Positions 1 through 8,871 of a DNA stretch of 64,000 nucleotides are shown in pieces; the first letter of the stretch is position 1, and every line of letters begins with the position of its first letter. Origin of the DNA: Candidatus Micrarchaeota archaeon (lineage in GTDB: Archaea > Micrarchaeota > Micrarchaeia > Micrarchaeales > CABMGC01). A program made the translations under genes and the position numbers. The notes under the pieces are model-generated. The model made no database searches and had not been told where the DNA came from. It saw only the letters and a list, made by a program, of their open reading frames with translations. The DNA lies in contig JAGWGI010000003.1 in the NCBI GenBank assembly GCA_028867435.1, forward strand, positions 15-64,014, given 5' to 3'.

Positions 1-64
1 CGGTTACTGAACATCGGCGCCGGTTACGACCCGGCGCACACAGTAACCAATTGAGAAATCCTAT

Positions 65-196
65 TTTAACCAAGAAAAAGGTATCGTAGCGAAGCCACAC
101 CCCACCCTAAAGGGTGCGGATTACTGAAGATTTAACCAAGAAAAAGGTATCGTAGCGAAGCCACACCCCACCCTAAAGGGTGCGGATTACTGAAGA
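65..196. repeat. Perfect 66-bp tandem duplication (copies 65-130 and 131-196)
   Basis: Both copies read tttaaccaagaaaaaggtatcgtagcgaagccacaccccaccctaaagggtgcggattactgaaga. Each contains a caccc-taaa-gggtg hairpin. The whole unit is repeated with no unique spacer. Confidence 0.9.
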
Positions 197-388
197 TTTA
201 TAATGCTCATTATTAGTTTCGTAGGCTATGACCTTTGTCACATTTTTTGCTCTGCTCAAATAGATAGTAGAATCCGCCATGGCTGCTCCGAAATCCAATG
301 CAGTTGTATTAGGTTTTAGGTCTTGAATTAGCCACTTGTACTGCTCTCCTAAAAAAGTATCTCTTAGGTTACTCCACTCCCAACGCAT
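173..388 (-). pseudogene. Remnant of an FkbM-type SAM methyltransferase (internal fragment)
   Basis: ..ALDFGAAMADSTIYLSRAKNVTKVIAYETNNEHYK matches the core VVDxGAxxxDTAIYFAxxGAxHVYAxE of the intact paralogs at 37146-38027 and 44769-45803. Both N- and C-terminal parts are missing, and the frame dies inside the 66-bp repeat. Confidence 0.5.
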
Positions 389-491
389 ATACCTGTAGTC
401 TGGTAGGAGGTAACCGATTAATGTTCGTGTTTTGGGATCTATTCGAATTACCCTTCGTGTGAGTGAGTTTATTGAAAGCTATACTTAAATA

Positions 492-516
492 TAGTTACTA
501 TATTTTTAGGTAACTA
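492..516. promoter_or_regulatory. Inverted repeat tagttac-N11-gtaacta upstream of the wHTH regulator (candidate operator)
   Basis: A 7-bp perfect inverted repeat (492-498 / 510-516) lies 14-30 nt upstream of the possible starts at 530 (TTG) and 545 (ATG). Confidence 0.3.
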
Positions 517-529
517 GAATACGCACCAG

Positions 530-826
530 TTGTTAGAAAATAGTATGGGATACGGCAAACTTCGCATATTAAACCTAGTTTTGCAACCTTATGTACTTGA
601 AGTTCTTCGCGAACTAAAAAATAACCCCAAAAGATTCAAGGAGTTGCAGAAATTCGTTAAGAATGAACGCACGCTATCACTGAAGTTAGCAAAATTGCAG
701 GATTATAAGCTCGTGGAAATGACTCACCTCAAAACTGATGGAAAATATGTAAATTTTTATATGATAACTAATCTCGGAAAAGAAGTGCTTACGGCCATTG
801 AAGATATCAAACTATCTAAGTCCTGA
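530..826 (+). CDS. Small winged-helix transcriptional regulator (HxlR/ArsR-like)
   Basis: 98-aa ORF. VLEVLRELKNNPKRFKELQKFV..ERTLSLKLAKLQDYKLVE has the helix-turn-helix-wing pattern of HxlR/ArsR-type regulators. The start may be the ATG at 545. Confidence 0.5.
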   Translation: MLENSMGYGKLRILNLVLQPYVLEVLRELKNNPKRFKELQKFVKNERTLSLKLAKLQDYKLVEMTHLKTDGKYVNFYMITNLGKEVLTAIEDIKLSKS

Positions 827-1841
827 CGAACACCTGGTTGCATCCCGCAGGCTCTGCGAGCTGACCGCTGATTATGAGTTTTAGGTAGCCTATTATCGGA
901 ATGCGCCCAACAACGTATCCCACGATATCGCCCTGCTGCGCTGGGTAGTTCTCGAACTGGATGTCAAGCCCCTGGTTGTTGTCGCCTTTTGTGAGGGTGT
1001 AGTAACTCCCGTTCACATCTATCACTGCCACAAGCCTGTGTATTATATCGCCGCCAAACAGGTCGCTTGGCGTGGTCTTGTACACAACTATCGGGTTGCT
1101 GTAGTTCTCTGAGATTGTGAGGTTGTTTATGGTTATCGACGAGGTGTATGGCGCCTTTGCAGAGACCTTGCCCTGCACTATCAAGCCGATGCTGTAGTTG
1201 TACTTTATGATGTTCTGCTCAGGGTTTGCCCCCACGTAGCACCTGCCTATGTTCTGGTTCTGGTTTAGGTAGCTGTATGTGGAGAGGCACTTTGTGTTGT
1301 ATAGCGCAATGCCGTACGGCTCGCTTACAACCGGTATTATCTGGGAGATCTCGGATTTGTTGTTGCCTATGTACGCGTAATACGACAGGAACTCGCTTTG
1401 CATGTTCTGCCGGAGCTGCGAAAACTCCCCTGGGTCCATTTTTATAACAGGTATTTTGTGCTCAGAGGCGAAGCTGGAGAAGTTGCTGATGCCGTGCAGC
1501 ACTATGAAATCCCCCCTCTGAAGGTTGGGGAGCATGCTGCAGCTAGCTACCGCATCTATCGGCGATGTAGTCTGGAGCACTATAACAAGTATTAGCCAGA
1601 TGGCTATCGCAGCGCCTATCGCCACGCCGAAGTCTACTGCGCTCCTCTTTGCGCCGACCGATGCAAGGCTTGTGCGCAGCTCGACCGCTACGATTATTAT
1701 GATAAGCACGAACGCGCCGAGCCCTATTATGGCGTTGTTGTCAAATGCGTAAGATATGAGAAGTACAACAAGCATGATGTAGAATGGCCACATGCTCATC
1801 TGCTTTTTTTCCCTTGGCTGCGAGCCTTTGTATCTTGGCAA
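816..1841 (-). CDS. Signal peptidase I, archaeal/Sec11 type (S26), unusually long
   Basis: It has an N-terminal TM segment, the Ser box SCSMLPNLQRGDFIVL, the His box GGDIIHRLV and the TKGDNN box. The start abuts the SMC stop codon. Confidence 0.75.
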   Translation of the reverse strand: MPRYKGSQPREKKQMSMWPFYIMLVVLLISYAFDNNAIIGLGAFVLIIIIVAVELRTSLASVGAKRSAVDFGVAIGAAIAIWLILVIVLQTTSPIDAVASCSMLPNLQRGDFIVLHGISNFSSFASEHKIPVIKMDPGEFSQLRQNMQSEFLSYYAYIGNNKSEISQIIPVVSEPYGIALYNTKCLSTYSYLNQNQNIGRCYVGANPEQNIIKYNYSIGLIVQGKVSAKAPYTSSITINNLTISENYSNPIVVYKTTPSDLFGGDIIHRLVAVIDVNGSYYTLTKGDNNQGLDIQFENYPAQQGDIVGYVVGRIPIIGYLKLIISGQLAEPAGCNQVFVRT

Positions 1842-4800
1842 TCAAGCACCCGAACTACGGCTTGCCATGCTTGCGAGCTGCAGGCCAACAGCCCTTGACT
1901 CGCCGTCTGTCTTGGACACCCCTATGGCGGTGTCGGAATTTACTATCAGCGAGTCGTTGTGGCTTACCACTATGAACTGCGAGCTCTTACTCATCTCCTT
2001 TATAAGCTTGGATAGTATCTTGGAGTTCTCCTTGTCCAGAGCCGAGTCGACCTCGTCGAAGATGTAGAGCGATGAGGGCTTGTATGTATGTATCGAGAAA
2101 AGCAGCGTGAGGTTTGCCAGGGACTTCTCCCCGCCTGACATCGCGTTCTCCCTCTTGTAGCCCTTGCCCTCTGGTATTTTAAAGTGCAGCCCGCTGTTGA
2201 AGGGATCCTTTGGGCTGTCAAGCTCGATTAGCGCCTTGTTTGGGTTTATGTAGCCGTGCAGCTTGGTGAAGTTCTTGTTGATGGCATCAAATGCTTCGGC
2301 GAAGATGCTCAGCTTCTTTGAGTCTATCTCCTCTATCATCTTTAGTATCGCATCCTTCTCGGCAATCAGAGTTTCGAGCCTGCCTCCCGCCTCCTCCACA
2401 TCCTTCTTCTTTATCTGGTAGATCTCCGGAGCCTTCAGGTTGACAGTTCCGAGCTGGGAGACTTTTATCGAGATTAGGCTTGCTTCCTTCTCCATCTCCT
2501 CGAGCGTGACCTCGGCTCTTTGCGTCTGTGCAGGGTAGGTGGCGAGTTCAGCCTGGATGTCTGTGAGCCTCACCTCGTACTGGCTGCGCTTTAGCCTAAT
2601 CTCGTTTATCTGCCTCTCGGACTCGTCGTGCTCTGCACTCCTCTTCCCCTTCTCGGAGCTTAGTTTTGCGATCTTTGCTTCTATCTCCTCAAGCCGCTCA
2701 TACGCCCGCTTGCTGCTTGCGCTGCTGCTCTTTATCTTCTCCTCAAGCTCCAGCTTTTCCTTGTCCAGCAGTATCTTCTTGGCCTGGCTCTCCTTTGTCT
2801 GGGACCTGAGCGACTCTATGGACTTTGCAATAGAGGAGCCCTGCGAGTCTACCTCTTTCCCCCTCTTCTCAGACATCTGGCTCTGGGTCTGCAGCTCTGT
2901 TGCCTTTATCTTAAGCTCCTCTATCTCAGCCCTGAGATTGCCGAGCCTTTCCTTCTCTTCCTTGCTCATGCCATGCTTGGCAATAGATTTCACTGCTTCT
3001 ATCGATTTGCTATATAGCTCGCTAGCCTGCGCCCTTGATAAGACAAGCTCCTTTTCGGTCGCATCCTCGCTAGATATACTCTCGGATATCTGCGAATCGA
3101 GCTGCTTTATCTTTGAATCCTGGGATTTTATGCTGCTCTCTATTTTCTTGATCTCCTGCTCTATCTCCGACGCCTCGGCCTTGATGCTGCTCTGCTGCGA
3201 AAGCAATCCTGCGCGCTCGAGCTCCTGAAGCGACTTCTCTTTTCTGAGCTTAAAGAGCGACTTTGCCAGCTCCTCAGACCTTGAAAGCAGAGCTGCTTTG
3301 CTTGAGGCAAGCTCCTTTATCTGGTTCTCTATCGATGAGAGCGATACGCGCCTTCTCTGGGAGCCTCCGGAGAGCACCCCTGACTGCTCGACAAGCTCCC
3401 CTTCTAACGTGACGTACCTGTGCCTGCCTACTCCAGCCTTCTTCGCATCCTCTACTGCGCCAAGAACATATGTATTGCTAAACACGTAATCGAAGACTTT
3501 GGCGTATTTAGAGTCGAACTTAACCATCTCAATAACAGGCGTGAGACCTGGCGCCTTCTTTTTCTCACCATCAAAAGCGAGGTCGTTTATCGGTATGAAT
3601 GTAGCGCGCCCCAAATCGTTCTTCTTTAAGAATGCAATTATCTTGGATGCGCTTTCAATTGAATCCACCACAAGGTATTCAAACCTGCCCCCGGCGGCGG
3701 CTTCGATGGCTAGCGCACTCGCGCTCGAGTATGTGCACAGCTGCGAAACCCTTCCATAGAAGCCTTCCTTTGCGCCGAAGTTACCGGAGAGCTTTTCTAT
3801 TGCGCTGCTCTCCCTTGAATGGTAGATTGCGCGCTGCTCCTTTAGCGAGATGCTCTTCTCATCTATCTCGCCTATTTCCTTTGAGGACTTTGTGAGCTCA
3901 GCATCGCTCTTTGCTATTTCAATGTCCAGCTTCTCAGCATTTTTGAGGAGCGCTACTGCGCGCTCGCCCACTTCTAGGAACGTGCCCTGCTTCTCCTTGA
4001 ACTGAGACTTCAGCGACTGCAACTTGGAAATCAGCTCAGAAACCGCGTTCTTGGTTGCAGAGAGGTCGGCTTGCATCAAAGAGATTGAGCCCTGCATCTG
4101 TGCGAACTCCTTCTCGAGCTTCCTTGTCGAATCATTTAGCGCCCCGAGCCTTGCCTCCCAGTTCTCGCCCTTTGCCTCTTCCTTCACTTCCCCTATCTGG
4201 GGCTCAAGCTCTAATATCCTCCTCTTGTGCGCCAAGAGCCCTGTCCTGTTTGCCTCTAGCAAGAGGCTTATCGCCTCTGCCTCCCCCCTCAGCCTAGCTA
4301 GTTCCTGCTGCTTCTCGGCCATCTGCATTGCATTTGAATCGATCCCTGCGCAGATCACCGCAAGCTCCTTGTTTATCCCCTCGAGCTTTCTGCCCTCAAA
4401 GCTCGTGGACACCGTACTCTCACTCATCTCCTTTGTCATCTGCTGCCTGTCGGCGGTGAGCTTTTCGATTGATCCCAATAGCTCGCCTAGTTCCGCCATT
4501 ATCTTCTGTTTCTTTGAGTCAAGGAGCGCGAGATCCCTTGACTGCCTGTCGTAGTTCTGCTTTATCTCCTGCTCCCTCGAGGCGAGCATGCTGTACTTTA
4601 GCGTCCTGAGCCTTAAGTTCATGCCGTTGTAGCTCTCTGCCGCCTCTTTCTCCTTCTCCAGCTCCCTAAGGTAGCCCTGCCTCTCGTTTAGTATGGCCTG
4701 TACCTCCCCGGTCTTAATGTTGACCTTCCCGAGCTCCCTAAGCGAGTCGTTCTTCTTCGCCTCGAACTCCGTTATTCCTGATGCAATCTCTATCAGCTCC

Positions 4801-5252
4801 CTTCTCTCTTTTGGGTTGATGTCCATCATCTTGTTTATCTCTCCCTGCGTTATGGTGTTGGTCTCATCCGCATTGACCTTGTGCTTCTTTAGTATCTCAA
4901 GGACCTCCTGCCTGGTCATGTGCTTTCCATTCACCTTAAATGAGCTCTTCCCATCTGCACTGGCCACCCTCACTATCTCTATCTGCTCATCGCCATCAAA
5001 TATGCTCTTCACGTAAGTTTTGCCCTGCGGATCGTGCCTGCTTTGCTTGTCGGAGTTTATCAGCATCTCGAGCCTCTCAGCCCTCATCCTTCTTATCGCG
5101 CTCTCGCCAAGGGAGAATAGAAGCGCGTCGCAGATGTTGCTCTTGCCTGAGCCGTTTGGCCCTACAATGCAGGTGAAGCCTTTGCTGAAAAGTAGTTCCG
5201 CATGCTTGAAGGACTTGAATTTACTTAAGGTCAGGCTCTTTAGATAGAGCAT
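1842..5252 (-). CDS. smc: Chromosome segregation protein SMC
   Basis: 1136 aa. It has an N-terminal Walker A (GPNGSGKSN), long coiled coils, a hinge (..GRATFIPIN..), the signature motif LSGGEKSL and Walker B LYIFDEVDSALD. Confidence 0.95.
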   Translation of the reverse strand: MLYLKSLTLSKFKSFKHAELLFSKGFTCIVGPNGSGKSNICDALLFSLGESAIRRMRAERLEMLINSDKQSRHDPQGKTYVKSIFDGDEQIEIVRVASADGKSSFKVNGKHMTRQEVLEILKKHKVNADETNTITQGEINKMMDINPKERRELIEIASGITEFEAKKNDSLRELGKVNIKTGEVQAILNERQGYLRELEKEKEAAESYNGMNLRLRTLKYSMLASREQEIKQNYDRQSRDLALLDSKKQKIMAELGELLGSIEKLTADRQQMTKEMSESTVSTSFEGRKLEGINKELAVICAGIDSNAMQMAEKQQELARLRGEAEAISLLLEANRTGLLAHKRRILELEPQIGEVKEEAKGENWEARLGALNDSTRKLEKEFAQMQGSISLMQADLSATKNAVSELISKLQSLKSQFKEKQGTFLEVGERAVALLKNAEKLDIEIAKSDAELTKSSKEIGEIDEKSISLKEQRAIYHSRESSAIEKLSGNFGAKEGFYGRVSQLCTYSSASALAIEAAAGGRFEYLVVDSIESASKIIAFLKKNDLGRATFIPINDLAFDGEKKKAPGLTPVIEMVKFDSKYAKVFDYVFSNTYVLGAVEDAKKAGVGRHRYVTLEGELVEQSGVLSGGSQRRRVSLSSIENQIKELASSKAALLSRSEELAKSLFKLRKEKSLQELERAGLLSQQSSIKAEASEIEQEIKKIESSIKSQDSKIKQLDSQISESISSEDATEKELVLSRAQASELYSKSIEAVKSIAKHGMSKEEKERLGNLRAEIEELKIKATELQTQSQMSEKRGKEVDSQGSSIAKSIESLRSQTKESQAKKILLDKEKLELEEKIKSSSASSKRAYERLEEIEAKIAKLSSEKGKRSAEHDESERQINEIRLKRSQYEVRLTDIQAELATYPAQTQRAEVTLEEMEKEASLISIKVSQLGTVNLKAPEIYQIKKKDVEEAGGRLETLIAEKDAILKMIEEIDSKKLSIFAEAFDAINKNFTKLHGYINPNKALIELDSPKDPFNSGLHFKIPEGKGYKRENAMSGGEKSLANLTLLFSIHTYKPSSLYIFDEVDSALDKENSKILSKLIKEMSKSSQFIVVSHNDSLIVNSDTAIGVSKTDGESRAVGLQLASMASRSSGA

Positions 5253-5334
5253 CGGTTACACCAGTCGCAGATAGTAATTGCACTATAAGCCTTTTAAAGG
5301 TTATCTGGAGGGAGAATCGGGGGGTGCCTATGAT

Positions 5335-6396
5335 TTATGGTGTCTTGCCCTTTTTTTTCATCAGGTGCATTGAGATTGTTGCCTGCAGTGTGGCGCTTGT
5401 GCACACGCCAATGAGCTTGCCGCGCTCGACAACCGCCGCTATCGCGGATTGCGCAGCCTCCAACTTCCCCATCACGTCAACAACACTCTCCCTTGGACCC
5501 ACCTGCGGCATGCGCTCTGCGAGCTCCCTTACATATCTTGGGGCGGTCTTGTGCTTGCGCGAGAGGTTGACATAGCAGTATCCAATATCGGTCTTGGTTA
5601 TGAACAGGTGCTCGCCCTGCCTCTTCGAGAGCTCATAGAGCACTGAGACGCGGCTTGCTGGCTTGACAAGCGCGTACTTGCTGCTTATTGCGTCCCTTGC
5701 TACAAGACCTTGGGTATCCCTTCTAAGTATCACGTTCCGCTTCTCCGACTGCGTGCCGCTGTATAGAAACATTACTATCAGCACGTCGAATAGCGCAAGG
5801 AACTCCTTGTACACCAAGGTGTAGCTTTTGGAGAGTGCCAGGAATGCAAAGGTGCCGACAAGTATTGCCACCATCATGTAGTTGCTCACCTTCACTGTTA
5901 GCATCGTGGAATCAAAGAAGCTCCTTGACTTTTCCAGATAGCTTCTGAAAACCCTACCGCCGTCCATCGGAAAAGCCGGCAGGAGGTTGAAGACTCCAAG
6001 CAGCAAATTGAGTATGAACATCTCCTGGAAAAGCAGGGTTATCAGTCCTGGAGGCGTGAATATCGAGAGGATACCGAAGAAAAATCCAAGAAACAGGCTC
6101 ATCACAGGCCCTGCCAGCGAGATGTTAAGCTCGGCTGCGGCGTCAAGCTTCTGGTCGTCTATAATCGATGCGCCGCCTATGGGAAGGAGGACGATCTTCT
6201 TCACCCCGACCTTATTATTTAGCGCGGTAACACTGTGCGCAAGCTCGTGTATCAGCACGCACAAAAACAGCAGCGCTATCAAAGTGAAGAGCAGCGGGCC
6301 GAAGAGCAATGTGAATAGGAGCAGGAGTATGAAGGTCCAGTGCAACTCTATCGGTATGTGGTATATCTTTCCTATCACCAGCGAATTTAGCGCCAT
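5335..6396 (-). CDS. M50 site-2 protease family metalloprotease with C-terminal CBS pair
   Basis: It has HELAHSV (HExxH), NLLPAFPMDGGR and multiple TM segments. The C-terminal CBS-like region reads ..VARDAISSKYALV.. / ..AVVERGKLIGVCT. Confidence 0.9.
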   Translation of the reverse strand: MALNSLVIGKIYHIPIELHWTFILLLLFTLLFGPLLFTLIALLFLCVLIHELAHSVTALNNKVGVKKIVLLPIGGASIIDDQKLDAAAELNISLAGPVMSLFLGFFFGILSIFTPPGLITLLFQEMFILNLLLGVFNLLPAFPMDGGRVFRSYLEKSRSFFDSTMLTVKVSNYMMVAILVGTFAFLALSKSYTLVYKEFLALFDVLIVMFLYSGTQSEKRNVILRRDTQGLVARDAISSKYALVKPASRVSVLYELSKRQGEHLFITKTDIGYCYVNLSRKHKTAPRYVRELAERMPQVGPRESVVDVMGKLEAAQSAIAAVVERGKLIGVCTSATLQATISMHLMKKKGKTP

Positions 6397-6672
6397 AGAA
6401 TTCTATATTAAAAAGCAGGATACCTATTTATAGACACGGATGAGAAATTTGGTCTTCTCGAAGAAAAGGGCTACAATCATGCTAAGAAGGGAGCGCCGCA
6501 TTGCCAACCAAGAGGACTTCGTCTTATGCCGTATATTTACGGACCCCAAAAATTGGGGGCAAAGATATTTAGCCTTTACCAACCCATCCCTTAGTGAAAG
6601 GGGAACACTATGAATGGGTATCTAGGAGAAGACGGATAGGTAAGGAAATTCTATTGATTTTGTAGCTTTAAG

Positions 6673-7998
6673 TTAGTTTAATTTGGATCCGTATAATCTT
6701 GTTTTTCTTAATTTTCCTGAGAGCTCGTAATTGGAAATTGTACCTTTGTTGATTTTATATTCATCCACTAATATAGAGTTTTGTCTGGAATGCAAGACAT
6801 CGAATTTTCTATAGCATAGTGTACCAAATAATACGCTTGTTACTATCATTGTATGTAGAACCAGACCATTTTTTAACTTCATTATTTTTTGAATTAAGCT
6901 ATCTAATTCCCCGTCCCTGAAACAGGGCGTAAATAAAATCGTCCCGTGAGGGTTCTCAATATTCCCACCCAGTATATATCTATTAGTTAAGTTAGAGACG
7001 TCCTCAATAATATGCTGAAGTTGAGATACTCTCTTTGCTCTGAATTTTTTCTCATTGACGATTTCCTCCTGAATTATCCCGACATATTTAATTGGTAACT
7101 TATTCATAGAAATTGTTGCCCTTTTTATTATACCCCGTGACTTTAAGTTCGAATATACGTAATCGGAATGGATGTGGTCTAACTTATAAAATCTATCAAT
7201 ATCAGCAAAGGCCAGTATACTATTCTTGTTTATTTCTCGCAAAACCGCATATTCTCTCTTTTTAAGTTCGTGCTTCATGTCTTCTATGAAATCATCCCTA
7301 ATTGGCACAAATCCATAATGTTCATAGAAAGGCGTTGTATACCATTTGGACTCGTACTTTTCCAGAAGTCCAACCCTTAAATCAATTATAGTTTCGACAA
7401 TTTTATCTGATTCTATATTTTTTATCAGTGTATAGAAGACAAGATCATAATCGCCTTTAACAAGAAGTGCCATTTGAACCGCATGCACTTTCTGAACCGC
7501 ACTTATTATCTCGTCAGTGGTTGGCTTCTTATCTAGAAATTTTACCATAATAAAGTATCTTAGGTATCCGAGCTTCTCGACATCTATTTCGGTAACATAA
7601 GTTATGCCAAGTTGACTCTCAAGACTTCCAACTCTTCTGTAGACTTCATTGGGCTTAAGCCCCATTTGCCTACCATATAAGGCGAGATCCGCACGCGCAT
7701 TCATGCTCAATATTGTGAGCAATTTTTTATCGTTTTCGTCGAGTTTTATGGTGCTGGTTTGAGGGGAAGGGAATTCTTCTATTGCGATATCTCGCATGGC
7801 TTTTCTAATAAATCTGCCTTGTTCTGTTATTTTTCCTAGATATTCTCTAACGCTCCTGACCCTCTTGTTTTCTTTATCCCACCTGCTGGTCTGCTTATAA
7901 ACGTAATAATGAGGGCCTTTAGATTGTACAGCTATGGCAAATGGAAACTCTTTTTTAAGCCTGTTGAATTCTTCATTTATTTGAATTGGCAATACCAT
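6673..7998 (-). CDS. Protein with two tandem Lrp/AsnC-like HTH + RAM modules and a novel N-terminal segment
   Basis: 441 aa in an AT-rich stretch. DENDKKLLTILSMNARADL..GLKPNEVYRRVGSLE (HTH) is followed by YFIMVKF..LLVKGDYDLVFY (RAM). A second HTH-like plus RAM-like unit follows. Confidence 0.45.
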   Translation of the reverse strand: MVLPIQINEEFNRLKKEFPFAIAVQSKGPHYYVYKQTSRWDKENKRVRSVREYLGKITEQGRFIRKAMRDIAIEEFPSPQTSTIKLDENDKKLLTILSMNARADLALYGRQMGLKPNEVYRRVGSLESQLGITYVTEIDVEKLGYLRYFIMVKFLDKKPTTDEIISAVQKVHAVQMALLVKGDYDLVFYTLIKNIESDKIVETIIDLRVGLLEKYESKWYTTPFYEHYGFVPIRDDFIEDMKHELKKREYAVLREINKNSILAFADIDRFYKLDHIHSDYVYSNLKSRGIIKRATISMNKLPIKYVGIIQEEIVNEKKFRAKRVSQLQHIIEDVSNLTNRYILGGNIENPHGTILFTPCFRDGELDSLIQKIMKLKNGLVLHTMIVTSVLFGTLCYRKFDVLHSRQNSILVDEYKINKGTISNYELSGKLRKTRLYGSKLN

Positions 7999-8409
7999 AA
8001 CAATATTATCTATAGCAGATTATAAATATATTGCTATCCATTTTAGATTGGTATATTGTTATATAATTCGATTTCCAAAAATAAATTGCTGTACATTTTA
8101 TTGAATCTTACACATAAGCTCTTTGGAAGACGAAGCCAGAAATATATACTTCAAAGTTCATAATACCTTTCAAGGTGGGGAGATGGGATGCGGATACAGC
8201 AAAGAGTGTTTTTTTCTTAGCTTATGCTATGGTTCCCCTTTCAGAAAAACGCGCTGCGCCCTCTTCTCACCCTCATGCTAAATGAGTGGTGGAGATATGA
8301 ATGGAGTTGAGATATGGGTATGGAGGAACGGGAAGAAGTACATGTGCTTTGCATGCGAGAGGCTGCTTTCAGATCATGCATTAGTTCCTTTTTTACAGGC
8401 GGTGGGGGC

Positions 8410-8574
8410 ATGAATATTCCTGCAGATAAGTATAGCACGCTACATCTATTGCATGAGCACATAACTGAGGTGCGGATGCGCCTTGACGAACTCTATAGCA
8501 TACTTCCCATGGATGACTACTACAGGTTGAGGCAGCTTCTTGAGGAGGCGATGGCGATACTTAAGAGGTATTAG
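8410..8574 (+). CDS. Hypothetical 54-aa helical mini-protein (paralog 1)
   Basis: ATG at 8410 inside track ORF 8314-8574. ITEVRMRLDELYSILPMDDYYRLRQLLEEAMAILKRY aligns with the adjacent mini-ORF. Confidence 0.3.
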   Translation: MNIPADKYSTLHLLHEHITEVRMRLDELYSILPMDDYYRLRQLLEEAMAILKRY

Positions 8575-8736
8575 ATGGACTACAACGCTTACGCTAGGAG
8601 AAGGCGTATGGAGATCAAGTGGGCAAGGATAAAGCTCCACAGATTGTTCTCCTTCCTAGAATACGACGATTTTGAGAGAGTGCAGACACTGCTACAGGAG
8701 GTCGAAGGGATACTCGGAAAGTACGAATTCGTGTGA
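8575..8736 (+). CDS. Hypothetical 53-aa helical mini-protein (paralog 2)
   Basis: The ATG follows directly after the TAG of the previous ORF. It translates to MDYNAYARRRRMEIKWARIKLHRLFSFLEYDDFERVQTLLQEVEGILGKYEFV. It falls below the 60-aa track cutoff. Confidence 0.3.
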   Translation: MDYNAYARRRRMEIKWARIKLHRLFSFLEYDDFERVQTLLQEVEGILGKYEFV

Positions 8737-8871
8737 TATTGGTGTGGGTATGAAAAACACAAAGAAAAACGTGGAGATGAAGAACGGGATTTGGTTTTCA
8801 GATGAGCTGCGCAATGTTGTGAGAAACAGGCACGGCGACTTTTCACTGTGCCAGAGGTTTTGAGTGGTTGC

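Noticed and set aside
65-196. Possible CRISPR array
   Set aside because: The entire 66-bp unit is repeated with no unique spacers. There are only two copies and no cas genes in the window.
2539-4554. Long plus-strand ORFs (229 aa at 2539-3228, 176 aa at 4024-4554 and several shorter ones) antisense to smc
   Set aside because: Their products are Ser/Leu/Phe-rich low-complexity mirrors of the Glu/Lys/Leu-rich SMC coiled coil (GAA/AAG/CTC codons read backwards). No motifs are present, and they lie completely inside a strongly supported gene.
6440-6613. 57-aa ORF (MRNLVFSKKRATIMLRRERRIANQEDFVLCRIF..) in the non-coding gap upstream of the AT-rich islet
   Set aside because: It has no recognisable motif or obvious promoter spacing. 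Its composition looks like a random frame, so I did not call it as a gene.
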